A DNA stretch of 64,000 nucleotides from an uncultured Chloroflexia bacterium (GTDB taxonomy: Bacteria; Chloroflexota; Dehalococcoidia; DSTF01; JALHUB01): assembly GCA_963835655.1 (NCBI GenBank), contig CAWIGJ010000003.1, forward strand, positions 1,314,281-1,378,280, given 5' to 3'. The first letter of the stretch is position 1. Each line of letters opens with the position of its first letter. Positions 30,634 through 39,837 of the stretch are shown in pieces. The position numbers were made by a program, and so were the translations under genes. The notes beneath the pieces were generated by a model, which was given only the letters and a program-made list of their open reading frames with translations, was not told the origin of the DNA and did not search any database.

Positions 30634-30786
30634 TGCAGTTTCACCTTCCATATTCGTGACGAAAGAGGCTCGGCAATGACACCATATGCCTACCGTCGCT
30701 TGGCTACAAGCCCGCGCTCGGAGCAAGCCCAGATTCGCGGCTTTCAAATATTGCTCATCATGAACGCATAGCGGTAACCTTGTGGC

Positions 30787-31635
30787 ATGCCTCGGTGCAT
30801 TCTTTCCCTGCCGGCCGGCAGATGCGGCGTCGCCTGGCGCTTCCCGCGGCGGGATGGCGTTGCCCTCAAGATGGCGCAACCGCACAGCCACGACGAGTTC
30901 GAAGTCAACCTCGTCACCGCCGGCCGCGGCACCTATATCGTCGCCGGCCGCAGCCGGACGATACGGCCCCGTAGCCTGCTCTGGCTCTTCCCTGAACAGG
31001 AACACATCTTGAAGGACTTCTCGGACGATTTCGCGATGTGGATCCTGGTCCTCTCGCCGGAGTTCACGGCGCAGATGGCGCAGCGCGTGCCCATCCTGGC
31101 TGAGCGGGACCCAGGCTCTGTATTCCTCAAGACGCTGCCGCTAAAGTGCGTGCGCCTGCTCGATGAGATCGCACAGGAACTGTCGACCGGCTTTCAACCG
31201 CTCGACTGCCATGAGTTGGGGCTTGCCTGGTGGCTGGCGTCTGCGTGGAACGCGTACGAGCACGGTGAGTCGGAGGACGCCGGATCGCTGCATTCCGCCG
31301 TCGCGCGAGCGATGGCAATCCTGCGAGACGAGCCGTCCAAGAACCTGCGCACACTCGCTGCAGAGACGCGCATTAGCCCAAGTCAGCTGAGCCGCCTCTT
31401 CAAACGGCAGGTAGGCGTCAGCATCACCGACTTCCGAAACGGCTTGCGCCTTGACGCCTTCCTCGCCAACGGCGACGGCCAGCACGCGAACGCGATGTTC
31501 GAGATGGCGAAGGAGGCGGGGTTCGGGAGTTACGCGCAATTCAGCCGCGTCTTCCGGCGGCAGATGGGTTGTAGTCCCGAAGCCTACTATCGCGCCGGGC
31601 ACCCGGGCAGACCCTTGGCCGCTCCGTCGACCTGA
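30787..31635 (+). CDS. AraC family regulator
   Basis: Cupin HSHDEFE; two HTH motifs (SQLSRLFKRQVG, AGFGSYAQFSRVFRRQMGCSP). Start codon uncertain. Confidence 0.9.
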   Translation: MPRCILSLPAGRCGVAWRFPRRDGVALKMAQPHSHDEFEVNLVTAGRGTYIVAGRSRTIRPRSLLWLFPEQEHILKDFSDDFAMWILVLSPEFTAQMAQRVPILAERDPGSVFLKTLPLKCVRLLDEIAQELSTGFQPLDCHELGLAWWLASAWNAYEHGESEDAGSLHSAVARAMAILRDEPSKNLRTLAAETRISPSQLSRLFKRQVGVSITDFRNGLRLDAFLANGDGQHANAMFEMAKEAGFGSYAQFSRVFRRQMGCSPEAYYRAGHPGRPLAAPST

Positions 31636-31702
31636 CCCTTTTCCCACCCTTAGACCTCCCAAAGTCCGCCTATCCAGCGCGAAGCTACGCTATACTTATG
31701 GC

Positions 31703-32977
31703 ATGAGCCAGACCGTGAAGGTCGCGCAGCAACCGGCAGGGGATCCGCTCCTGGACGCCCTTTCGCAGTTCGACGCTGCCGCTGACATTCTCGGTCTCGA
31801 CCGCGGCATCCGCGCTGAACTGAGGACCTGTCAGCATGAGCTGACCGTCAATTTCCCCGTCCGAATGGACAACGGCGAACGTCGCGTCTTCACCGGCTAC
31901 CGTTGTCAGCACAACAACGCCCTTGGGCCGTACAAGGGGGGCATACGTTTCCATCCGAACGTGTCGCTTGACGAGGTAAGGGCGCTGGCTATGTGGATGA
32001 CCTGGAAGTGCGCTGTCGTGAGCCTCCCTTTCGGCGGCGCCAAGGGCGGTGTCGTAGTTGACCCGAGGGCGCTATCCGAGTTGGAACTGGAAGCGCTTGC
32101 CAAGCGCTACGCCACGGAGATCAGTCCCATCATAGGTCCTCGGAAGGATATACCCGCCCCTGACGTCAACACGGACGCCCAAACCATGGCCTGGATCATG
32201 GACGCTTACAGCCGTGAGCACGGGGAACTAACGCCCGCCGTCGTCACCGGCAAGCCACTCAGCCTCTTCGGCAGCCACGGCCGTCTCGAGGCCACAGGCC
32301 GGGGCGTGCTCTACGCAGGCCAGGAGGCTGCCGCCTATCGAGGGCTTTCGCTGAAGGACGCCAGCGTGGCTGTGCAGGGGTTCGGGAAGGCGGGAAGTGT
32401 GGCGGCGCAGCTCTTTCAGGCAGCAGGAGCCCGTGTCGTTGCCGCGAGCGACACTTCGGGAGGCGTCTACAATGACAAGGGGATCGACACGGGAGCCTTG
32501 GCCCGCTTCAAGCGCGAGGGCGGGCGGATCGCAGAGAGCAGTTTCGGCGACGTAATCACGAACGCCGAACTCCTCGCGCTGCCGGTCGACGTGCTGGTGC
32601 CCGCCGCGTTAGAGGGTCAGATCACGGAGAGCAACGCTGCTGACGTGAGGGCCCGAATTATCCTCGAAACAGCGAATGGCCCCGTTTCGTCGCAGGCTGA
32701 CGCGATCCTAGACGAGGCGGGCGTGTTCATCGTGCCCGATATAGTTGCCAGCTCCGGCGGCGTCATCGTCTCCTACTTCGAATGGGTACAGAACATCAAC
32801 GGGGTGTACTGGGAAGGGGACGAGGTGAACGAGCGGCTGCGCAAAATCATAGCGAAAGCCTTTCGCCGCGTTACCGAGGTCGTCAAGGAGCGGCGGCTGC
32901 CGATGCGAAAGGCGGCGTACGTGGTGGCCGTACAGCGCGTGGTTGACGCCGTGAACGCCCGCGGCATCTACCCTTAG
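31703..32977 (+). CDS. gdhA: Glutamate dehydrogenase (Glu/Leu/Phe/Val family)
   Basis: GPYKGGIRF, MTWKCA, GGAKGG, DIPAPD, GGVIVSYFEW. TATACT 6 nt before the ATG suggests a leaderless mRNA. Confidence 0.94.
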   Translation: MSQTVKVAQQPAGDPLLDALSQFDAAADILGLDRGIRAELRTCQHELTVNFPVRMDNGERRVFTGYRCQHNNALGPYKGGIRFHPNVSLDEVRALAMWMTWKCAVVSLPFGGAKGGVVVDPRALSELELEALAKRYATEISPIIGPRKDIPAPDVNTDAQTMAWIMDAYSREHGELTPAVVTGKPLSLFGSHGRLEATGRGVLYAGQEAAAYRGLSLKDASVAVQGFGKAGSVAAQLFQAAGARVVAASDTSGGVYNDKGIDTGALARFKREGGRIAESSFGDVITNAELLALPVDVLVPAALEGQITESNAADVRARIILETANGPVSSQADAILDEAGVFIVPDIVASSGGVIVSYFEWVQNINGVYWEGDEVNERLRKIIAKAFRRVTEVVKERRLPMRKAAYVVAVQRVVDAVNARGIYP

Positions 32978-33084
32978 CCCAATCGTTCCCTTTGGCATAA
33001 CGAGGAAAGACACTACAATTGCTTTTGGCTTCGGTCAAAGACCGTGGCCAAGAGCCGTTAGCGGCGACGCCCAGGAAGGTCACA

Positions 33085-34080
33085 ATGCTCGAAAGCGACA
33101 CGGTAGATACAGAACAGAAGACCGTCGCCATTCTCCGCGTGCTGAGTGAGTCGCCGGAGCCGCTGGGCTCGATCAGCATCGCCCGCGCCCTGGAGAATCA
33201 CGGGATACATCTGAACGAGCGCAGCGTTCGCTATCATTTGAGAATCACCGACGCGCGCGGCTTCACGCAGCCGCTAGGCAGAGACGGCAGGGCGCTAACC
33301 CGCCGTGGCCAGGAGGAACTGGCGAACGCCTTGGCACCGCAACAGATCGGCTTCGTCATCGAGCGAATAGCCTCGCTCGCGTTCCAGACGACGCTTGACC
33401 CCGCTCGAGGCGAGGGCGAAGTGGTCATCAATACGTCGTTCTTCCCGAAGGACAAGTTCAAGAAGGCGCTCACCGCGATGAAGGACGCCTTTTCCGGCAA
33501 CGTCTGCGTAAGCGACCTCGTCGCCGTCGCAGACGAAGGCGAGAAGCTGGGCGACGTATTCATCCCTGAAGGCAAGGTGGGGTTCGCTACTGTTTGCAGC
33601 GCGACGATCAATGGCGTTCTCCTCAAGGCGGGCATTCCCATGGACTCCCGCTTTGGCGGCATCCTCGAAGTTCGCGATTCGCTGCCTCGCCGCTTTGTCG
33701 CCATAATCAACTACGCCGGGTCGTCGCTGGACCCATCGCTCGCCTACATCCGGGCGCGTATGACAAACGTCCGGGAGGCAGCGATGACCGGCAACGGCAA
33801 GATCCTGGCCAACTTCCGCGAGATACCGGCGGCGGCCACACTAGTAGCGCAGGAACTGATCGCGAAGCTGCGGGCGATCGGAATTGCCGGCGTGGTTGCG
33901 GTAGGTTATCCGAGCCAACCCGTCTGCCAGATACCCGTGGGATTAAACAAGGTGGGCATGATCCTCGATGGCGGACTCAATCCGCTGGCCGCTGCCGAGG
34001 AAGCGGGCATCGAAGCCGAGAACATCGCTAACAGCGGCACTATGGACATCAAGCGGTTGGGCAGCTTCTGGGACATCTAA
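33085..34080 (+). CDS. nrpR: NrpR nitrogen regulator (wHTH plus a single NRD/DUF128 domain)
   Basis: LNERSVRYHLRITDARGFT HTH; ATVCSATINGVLLKAGIP..RFGG; SLDP; GGLNPLAA. Confidence 0.88.
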   Translation: MLESDTVDTEQKTVAILRVLSESPEPLGSISIARALENHGIHLNERSVRYHLRITDARGFTQPLGRDGRALTRRGQEELANALAPQQIGFVIERIASLAFQTTLDPARGEGEVVINTSFFPKDKFKKALTAMKDAFSGNVCVSDLVAVADEGEKLGDVFIPEGKVGFATVCSATINGVLLKAGIPMDSRFGGILEVRDSLPRRFVAIINYAGSSLDPSLAYIRARMTNVREAAMTGNGKILANFREIPAAATLVAQELIAKLRAIGIAGVVAVGYPSQPVCQIPVGLNKVGMILDGGLNPLAAAEEAGIEAENIANSGTMDIKRLGSFWDI

Positions 34081-34189
34081 CTCTACCCATTCGCCCGCCA
34101 TCTCAAGCGTTGCTGACCTGCCCGCAATCCCCTATACTGCTTTCGATCAGCAGAAGGACCACCTCTAACAACGGAAGGGAAGACGCGTC

Positions 34190-35002
34190 ATGGTGATGGA
34201 GACTTTTGACCTGAAAGGAAAAGTTGCAATCGTCACGGGAGCCGGCAAAGGCCTGGGGTTGGAGATGACGCTCGCTCTGGCTAAGGCCGGCGCCAACATC
34301 GTTGCGGCCGCGCGAACACAGTCACGTATCGATGCTATCGCCCAACGGGTCCAGGATCTCGGCGTCAAGGCTATCGCCGTCGCAACCGACGTGCGGGACT
34401 CATCGCAGGTCGATCGCCTCGTTCAGAGCACGCTCAAGGAGTTTGGACGTGTCGACATCATGCTCGCCAACGCCGGGATAGGCGAAGGCCGCGGCCTCCG
34501 GCAGCCGATTTGGGAAGTGACCGACGAGGACTGGCATGACAACATCGACGTCAACCTCTCAAGTGCTTTCTACTGTACACGCGCCGTTGCCAGGCCGATG
34601 ATCGACCAGGGCGGAGGAGTCATCATCCTCCTCAGTTCCGGTACTGCCTTGCGCGGCAGCCCGATCTTTCCTTACTCCTCAGCAAAAGCAGGAATCATCG
34701 CCCTCACCAAGTCGTTCGCCCTGTTGCTTGCCCGCTACAACATACGCGTCAACTGCATCATCCCCGGCGAGTTCGCGCGACGCCCTTCCGCAGACGCGGA
34801 GGAGGAGAAGTACTGGGCCGACAGGGGCAAGTTCTTCCCGGCGCAGCGTGTAGGCGAGCCTTGGGAACTCGGACCTCTGACGGTCTTCCTGTCATCGGAT
34901 GCGTCCCGCTACATTACGGGACAAGGAATCGCCGTCGAGGGAGGTTTCCTCTCCGCCGGCCTGGCGCCGATAGGTTTCGCGCCAAGCATGTCTCTGCAAT
35001 AG
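34190..35002 (+). CDS. Short-chain dehydrogenase/reductase
   Basis: TGAGKGLG, NAG, YSSAK, NIRVNCIIPG. Confidence 0.93.
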   Translation: MVMETFDLKGKVAIVTGAGKGLGLEMTLALAKAGANIVAAARTQSRIDAIAQRVQDLGVKAIAVATDVRDSSQVDRLVQSTLKEFGRVDIMLANAGIGEGRGLRQPIWEVTDEDWHDNIDVNLSSAFYCTRAVARPMIDQGGGVIILLSSGTALRGSPIFPYSSAKAGIIALTKSFALLLARYNIRVNCIIPGEFARRPSADAEEEKYWADRGKFFPAQRVGEPWELGPLTVFLSSDASRYITGQGIAVEGGFLSAGLAPIGFAPSMSLQ

Positions 35003-35062
35003 CCGGCAGTCCCCGCACCTCCAAAAGTGGCAGCTCCCTAGATAATAGGGAACTGCCACTAT

Positions 35063-35089
35063 TAAGTTTGGCGCAGCCGCTGCCGATAT
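35063..35089 (+). promoter_or_regulatory. Sigma-28 (FliA/SigD/WhiG)-type promoter
   Basis: TAAG-N15-GCCGATAT against the consensus TAAA-N15-GCCGATAA, upstream of the USP gene. Confidence 0.6.
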
Positions 35090-35145
35090 CTCTGTGAGCC
35101 GCAGCCGGATGGGTTCACTATTGCCGCAATCGGAGGTAGGACGCC

Positions 35146-35595
35146 ATGTACAAGAGAATGCTGGTCCCGGTGGATGGATCCCTTCGTTCCGAGGTTGTCG
35201 TTCGTCACGCCGCCGAGACGGCGAAGGCGTTCGGGTGCAGCATAAGACTGCTCACCGTCGTCGACCTCGACAAGCACAACGACAAGCTCACGCCTGACAG
35301 CCGCGGCGATGAGGCCGCCAGCCTCGACTGGGTGGAATCGCAGATCGAAGAGGCCGAGAATCACCTACGGCCCGTAGCTGCCCGGTTCGAGGATGAAGGA
35401 CTGAAGCCGGAGATGGAAGTGCGCTTTGGCAATCCACCCGCGGAGATCCTGAAGGCGGCGGCAGAGTACGGCACCGACATTATCGCTATGGCCACACGAT
35501 CACGGCGCGGCGTAGCGCGACTCATGTTCGGCAGCGTCGCCGACCAGGTTCTCAAAGAGTCGCACGTGCCCGTCCTTCTCATAACAGCCGCCTAG
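35146..35595 (+). CDS. Universal stress protein
   Basis: MYKRMLVPVDGS...GNPPAEIL...FGSVADQVLKESHVPVLL. Confidence 0.94.
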   Translation: MYKRMLVPVDGSLRSEVVVRHAAETAKAFGCSIRLLTVVDLDKHNDKLTPDSRGDEAASLDWVESQIEEAENHLRPVAARFEDEGLKPEMEVRFGNPPAEILKAAAEYGTDIIAMATRSRRGVARLMFGSVADQVLKESHVPVLLITAA

Positions 35596-35684
35596 CCGGT
35601 CCCGCGTCGCGTCAATCGTCAAGCGTCTGAATTCAGAAGCGACGACCATGGTCGTCGCTTCTGTTTGCCTCCAACGCAATGAGA

Positions 35685-35730
35685 AAGAGCGGTCGCCGGC
35701 GAAGAGACTCTCGCCGGCGGCTCTTTTGTT
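35685..35730. terminator. Bidirectional terminator
   Basis: AAGAGC..CGCCGGCGA-loop-TCGCCGGCG-GCTCTTTTGTTT between convergent genes. Confidence 0.6.
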
Positions 35731-35744
35731 TCGCTACCGATGCT

Positions 35745-36431
35745 CTACTCCTGAACCGGCCCGGCCATGACGCCAGGGCTACGAGGCTTGACGATTCCGA
35801 GCGGTAGAAGGTACCGGCCCCAGGTCTCGTTGACAATCTGAGCAAATGATGCGTAGAGCGCGGACCCGGCCGTGAAGAGGCCCTCGTAGCCGGCGATCCT
35901 CTGAATTGTGCTGTTGCCGGTATGCTCACCCAAGGCAAGCAAATAGAACAGGACGGCCAGGGATGCGAATACGGTCATCAGTGCCACGGAAATCCTGACC
36001 GTACCAACGAACATGTAAGTCGTGAAGATTCCCCATCCTATCAGGAACACCGTAATGCCGCCTTTAGCCGACACCGGGTCCAACACGCCATTCTTGATGA
36101 AGATCTCTAGCACAGCGAATGCCAGCCAGAAAGCGCCGAACGAGCTGAAGGCGGTTGCACCAAAGGTATTGTTCTTCTTGAACTCCCACTGGCCGGCGAG
36201 CAACTGAGCTAGACCGCCGTAGAAGAGACCAACCGGCAATACCATTCCGATATCAGAGGCGTTGATGATCTTCGCGTTGACCACGTTCAGCAGGAGCGTG
36301 GTGAGGCCGAAACCGGCGAGACCGAGAGGGGCAGGGTTCGCGATCGTCTCCGTGACCGTGACCGCCTTACCTTTGAGAGCTTCGACTTCTCTTTTTAGGG
36401 CGTCGAGTCTTGCCTCGATGTCGTTTGCCAC
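35745..36431 (-). CDS. satP: GPR1/FUN34/YaaH (SatP) acetate uptake transporter
   Basis: ANPAPLGLAGFG, FYGGLAQ, NTFGATAFSSFGAFW. Confidence 0.92.
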   Translation of the reverse strand: MANDIEARLDALKREVEALKGKAVTVTETIANPAPLGLAGFGLTTLLLNVVNAKIINASDIGMVLPVGLFYGGLAQLLAGQWEFKKNNTFGATAFSSFGAFWLAFAVLEIFIKNGVLDPVSAKGGITVFLIGWGIFTTYMFVGTVRISVALMTVFASLAVLFYLLALGEHTGNSTIQRIAGYEGLFTAGSALYASFAQIVNETWGRYLLPLGIVKPRSPGVMAGPVQE

Positions 36432-36687
36432 GAACGAAACCTCCTATTTCCTTGTTCGCTAGCCGATTGCGTATCGTATATCACGCCTAACGCCTAAAAG
36501 TCCACCGGCTGAGAAGTCGGAATAATAGGCCCGCTCAACGGATCAAGGGGGGACTCTAGCGGCCGCCTGGGTCCGCCAGAAATGACTGGGCACCCGCTCT
36601 CTCGAGCGGATGCCCAGTTCTTGACTCTATTTTCGGATGTTCTTACGGCCGCGTCCGCCTGCCTTCTTGAATCAGGAGGACATTCTC

Positions 36688-37296
36688 CTAGTGGAGGTCC
36701 ACCACACTGTCCAGGCCGGCAGGTGTCGTCCTGGCGATGGTCATGGTGCCACCGAGCGGCGGCTTGACCTCGATAGTGAACGGCTCATTCGGCCCAAGCG
36801 GCGTCGCGAGTACACTACCGGAAAGGTCAACTGTTATTTCCGCCAGCTCGCCCTCTGACAGCAGGCTGTCGGGGGCAGGTGTGACTTTGTCCTCGTCTGG
36901 AACGAGCCATTTGACCGCCCAGCCTATGTTCACTACGTCGTTCGAAGCGTCTCGATAGTCAATGACCATCTTGTTGTTTTGGGCGCTCGGGTCCAGGTTG
37001 ACCGGCTCGCCACCGGCGGCGTTGGCAATGTCGAACACGATGCTGTCGACACTCGTGCCGTCTGTGCTCAGAGCTACAACGCTGCCGCGCAGCTCCAGCG
37101 AACCTTCGGTCTTCTGCAGACCCGAGTAGACGGCCTCTTTGCCTCGCTCTGAGCTGAAAAGACCCGTGCTCAGGACGACGAACGCAAAAACGGTCGCCAC
37201 AACTACGAAGGCGATCAATATGATGGCGGTCTCCAGACCGGTGATGCCTTCCTCTTTCCGACTTACCTTTTTGATTAGACTGAGTAGTTTGCTCAT
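36688..37296 (-). CDS. Archaeal-type flagellin (archaellin, ArlB/FlaB family)
   Basis: Class III leader ...KKVSRKEEG/ITGLETAIILIAFVVVATVFAFVVLSTG; DSLLSEGE; C-terminal FTIEVKPPLGGTMTIARTTP..VVDLH; AGGAGG SD. Confidence 0.92.
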   Translation of the reverse strand: MSKLLSLIKKVSRKEEGITGLETAIILIAFVVVATVFAFVVLSTGLFSSERGKEAVYSGLQKTEGSLELRGSVVALSTDGTSVDSIVFDIANAAGGEPVNLDPSAQNNKMVIDYRDASNDVVNIGWAVKWLVPDEDKVTPAPDSLLSEGELAEITVDLSGSVLATPLGPNEPFTIEVKPPLGGTMTIARTTPAGLDSVVDLH

Positions 37297-37521
37297 GCGC
37301 TCCCTCCTATTCAGAGCAGGGCCTGTGACGCGGCCCACTTCCTCGCCGTTCAGCGAGAACTTGCGGCAGCCGTCCTCCCGGCCACCGCTCCAACCGTTTG
37401 GGGTCTATGTGTGTGTCGATACTCAGCAGGTCTGCATGAAGGGTGTCTACACCCGACTTAGGAAGGGGGATAGCACCTCAATGGATTCGAGGAGGGAGAG
37501 AAGGAATGTAATCCGAATGAG

Positions 37522-37827
37522 CTACCAGATGCCCAGTTCCATCCGGGCCTCTTCGCTCGCCATCGTCTTTGGGTCCCAGGGAGGGCTGAAGGTGAGCGAT
37601 AGTTCGACGTCGCGGACGCCGGGAACGTCGAGCACGGCGGCCCGAATCTGCTCGGCAATGAGCGGAGCGAGCGGACAGGCGGGAGTCGTTAGCGTGTAGG
37701 TGATGCGGACGGTATCGCCGTCAATCTCGATTGCGTAGATAAGCCCGAGGTCAACCACGCTGAGACGCATCTCGGGGTCGTATACGTCCCGCAGGCGTTC
37801 GCGGATTACGTCTTCAGAGAAGCGCAT
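37522..37827 (-). CDS. sufT: Fe-S assembly factor, DUF59/SufT
   Basis: VYDPEMRLSVVDLGLIY, TLTTPACP, PPW. Confidence 0.9.
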   Translation of the reverse strand: MRFSEDVIRERLRDVYDPEMRLSVVDLGLIYAIEIDGDTVRITYTLTTPACPLAPLIAEQIRAAVLDVPGVRDVELSLTFSPPWDPKTMASEEARMELGIW

Positions 37828-37830
37828 GGG

Positions 37831-38292
37831 CTAGCTCCTCGGCGCAGTCTCCTCGCGGCGGGAGAGGAGGTCGAGCAGGGCATGCCAGGCAAGGGTCGCG
37901 CACTTGACGCGAACGGGGTAGCGGGCAACGCCGCTGAAGGCCTCCAGGTCACCGATGTCCTCCGGGGGGGAATGCTCGGGTTCAGTCATCATCTGCGTGA
38001 ATTCGGCGATGAGCGAGCGTGCCTCTTCGATGGTCTTGCCTTTGACCGCTTCGGTCATCATCGAGGCGGAGGCCTGGCTCAGCGAGCAGCCACGGCCCTG
38101 GAATCCGATATCCGCTAGTACGTCACCGTCGAAGTGGCCCTCGACGGCTATCTCATCGCCGCAAAGGGGATTGTAGCCCTCGCCGACCACTTTTGGATCG
38201 GCTACCGGCCGGTGGTTCCGCGGCCGGCGATAGTGATCGAGGATCAGGTCTTTGTAGAGCTCGTCAAGCTCTACTTCGGGCGTTGACGGCAT
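37831..38292 (-). CDS. sufU: SUF-system NifU-like protein SufU
   Basis: LYKDLILDHY.RPRN, NPLCGD, GCSLSQAS, RVKCATL. Confidence 0.93.
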   Translation of the reverse strand: MPSTPEVELDELYKDLILDHYRRPRNHRPVADPKVVGEGYNPLCGDEIAVEGHFDGDVLADIGFQGRGCSLSQASASMMTEAVKGKTIEEARSLIAEFTQMMTEPEHSPPEDIGDLEAFSGVARYPVRVKCATLAWHALLDLLSRREETAPRS

Positions 38293-39511
38293 CTCCGAAG
38301 AACCTCGCAGCTTCTTGCACTCCCTCCGCCAGGGCGTCGATTTCCTCGCGGCGGTTGTAGATGTAAAAACTGGCGCGCGCCGTCGCCGAAATGCCCAGGC
38401 GCGTCATCAGAGGCTGTGCGCAGTGGTGGCCGGCGCGGATAGCGATCCCGTACTGGTCAAGGACAGTACCCAGGTCGTGCGGGTGCAGATCGCCGTAATT
38501 GAAAGAAACGGCGCAGCCACGGTCGTTGGCATCCCGAAGACCGTACAGCTTCACTCCCGGCACCTGGGAGAGCACGTCCAGGGCATAAGCCGTTAGCTCA
38601 ATATCGTGCTGGCGGACCGCATCCATGCTGATCCCTTCCAGATAATCGATGGCGGCGCCATATGCAATGACATCGGCGATGTTGGGAGTACCCGCCTCAA
38701 GGCGCCAGGGAAGCTCGTTCCAGGTAGTCCCCTCAAGGGAAACACGACTGATCATGTGGCCGCCGGTGAGAAAAGGCGACATGTCTTCGAGGACTTCGCG
38801 CCGCCCGTAAAGGACGCCGACGCCTGTGGGGCCCAACATCTTGTGACCGGAGAAGGCCAGGAAATCGCAGTCGATGTCCTGGACATCCACGGGCATGTGG
38901 GCGACGCTCTGCGCTCCGTCGACGAGTACGAGGGCGCCGTAAGCGTGCGCTACTCCGGCTATCTCCCGCACTGGGTTGATGGTGCCGAGAGCGTTCGACA
39001 TCTGCGTCACCGCGACCAGCCGTGTCTTCTCGCCGATGAGGTCGTGCCAGTTGTCGCGCAGCCGGCCCTCGTCGTCAATGTCGACGAAGCGAAGGACGGC
39101 GCCGGTCTCCTCTGCCAGCACCTGCCAGGGCACGAAGTTGCTGTGATGCTCCATCACCGTCGTCACGATCTCGTCACCGGCGCGCAGGTGCTTGCGCCCC
39201 CAACCGTAGGCGACGAGGTTGATCGCCTCGGTCGTGTTGCGCGTGAATATGACGCTGGCGCTGCTCGGCGCATTGATGAAGCGGCGGACCTTTTCGCGGA
39301 CCTCCTCGTAGCGCGCCGTCGCCTCCTCGGCGAGAGTATGCAGGCCACGATGGATGTTCGAGTTGTAGTGCTCGTAGTACTCGACAAGGGCGTCGATGAC
39401 GGCGAGCGGCTTCTGGCTGGTAGCAGCGTTGTCCAGGTAGACCAGCGGCCGCCCGTGGACCAGACGCTGTAATATGGGGAAGTCTTTCCTTATCGCTTCG
39501 ACGTCAAACAT
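38264..39511 (-). CDS. sufS: Cysteine desulfurase SufS
   Basis: YLDNAATSQKP, SGHKMLGPTG, RAGHHCAQP. Confidence 0.96.
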   Translation of the reverse strand: MFDVEAIRKDFPILQRLVHGRPLVYLDNAATSQKPLAVIDALVEYYEHYNSNIHRGLHTLAEEATARYEEVREKVRRFINAPSSASVIFTRNTTEAINLVAYGWGRKHLRAGDEIVTTVMEHHSNFVPWQVLAEETGAVLRFVDIDDEGRLRDNWHDLIGEKTRLVAVTQMSNALGTINPVREIAGVAHAYGALVLVDGAQSVAHMPVDVQDIDCDFLAFSGHKMLGPTGVGVLYGRREVLEDMSPFLTGGHMISRVSLEGTTWNELPWRLEAGTPNIADVIAYGAAIDYLEGISMDAVRQHDIELTAYALDVLSQVPGVKLYGLRDANDRGCAVSFNYGDLHPHDLGTVLDQYGIAIRAGHHCAQPLMTRLGISATARASFYIYNRREEIDALAEGVQEAARFFGDAVNARSRA

Positions 39512-39514
39512 GAC

Positions 39515-39835
39515 TCATCCTCCCAACGCGACCCTCACCCTCACGTCGCCTCCAGCCACCTCAACTGCATAGGTCCGGATAGGTACTATCGCCGGTAGGA
39601 CAACAGCGCGTCCAGTGTGGACATCGAAGCGAGCGCCGTGTCGCGGACATTCGATCTGGCCGTCACACAGCCTGCCGTCGCCTAGCGGGCCGCCGTCGTG
39701 GGTGCAGACGTCGTCGACAGCGAAGTACTCGCCGCCAACGTTACAGATGACGATCCGGCGCCCCTCGACTTCGACGGCTCTAGTCGTTCCCGGTGGGACC
39801 TGGCTCATCGCTATCGCCCTGGTGAAATCAGCCAT
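39515..39835 (-). CDS. Rieske ferredoxin
   Basis: CTH...CPRH Rieske ligands, located inside the suf operon. Confidence 0.93.
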   Translation of the reverse strand: MADFTRAIAMSQVPPGTTRAVEVEGRRIVICNVGGEYFAVDDVCTHDGGPLGDGRLCDGQIECPRHGARFDVHTGRAVVLPAIVPIRTYAVEVAGGDVRVRVALGG

Positions 39836-39837
39836 CG

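Noticed and set aside
37410-37440. Sigma-28 promoter for the archaellin (minus strand TCATG-N14-ATCGACAC)
   Set aside because: Too many mismatches to the consensus to support.
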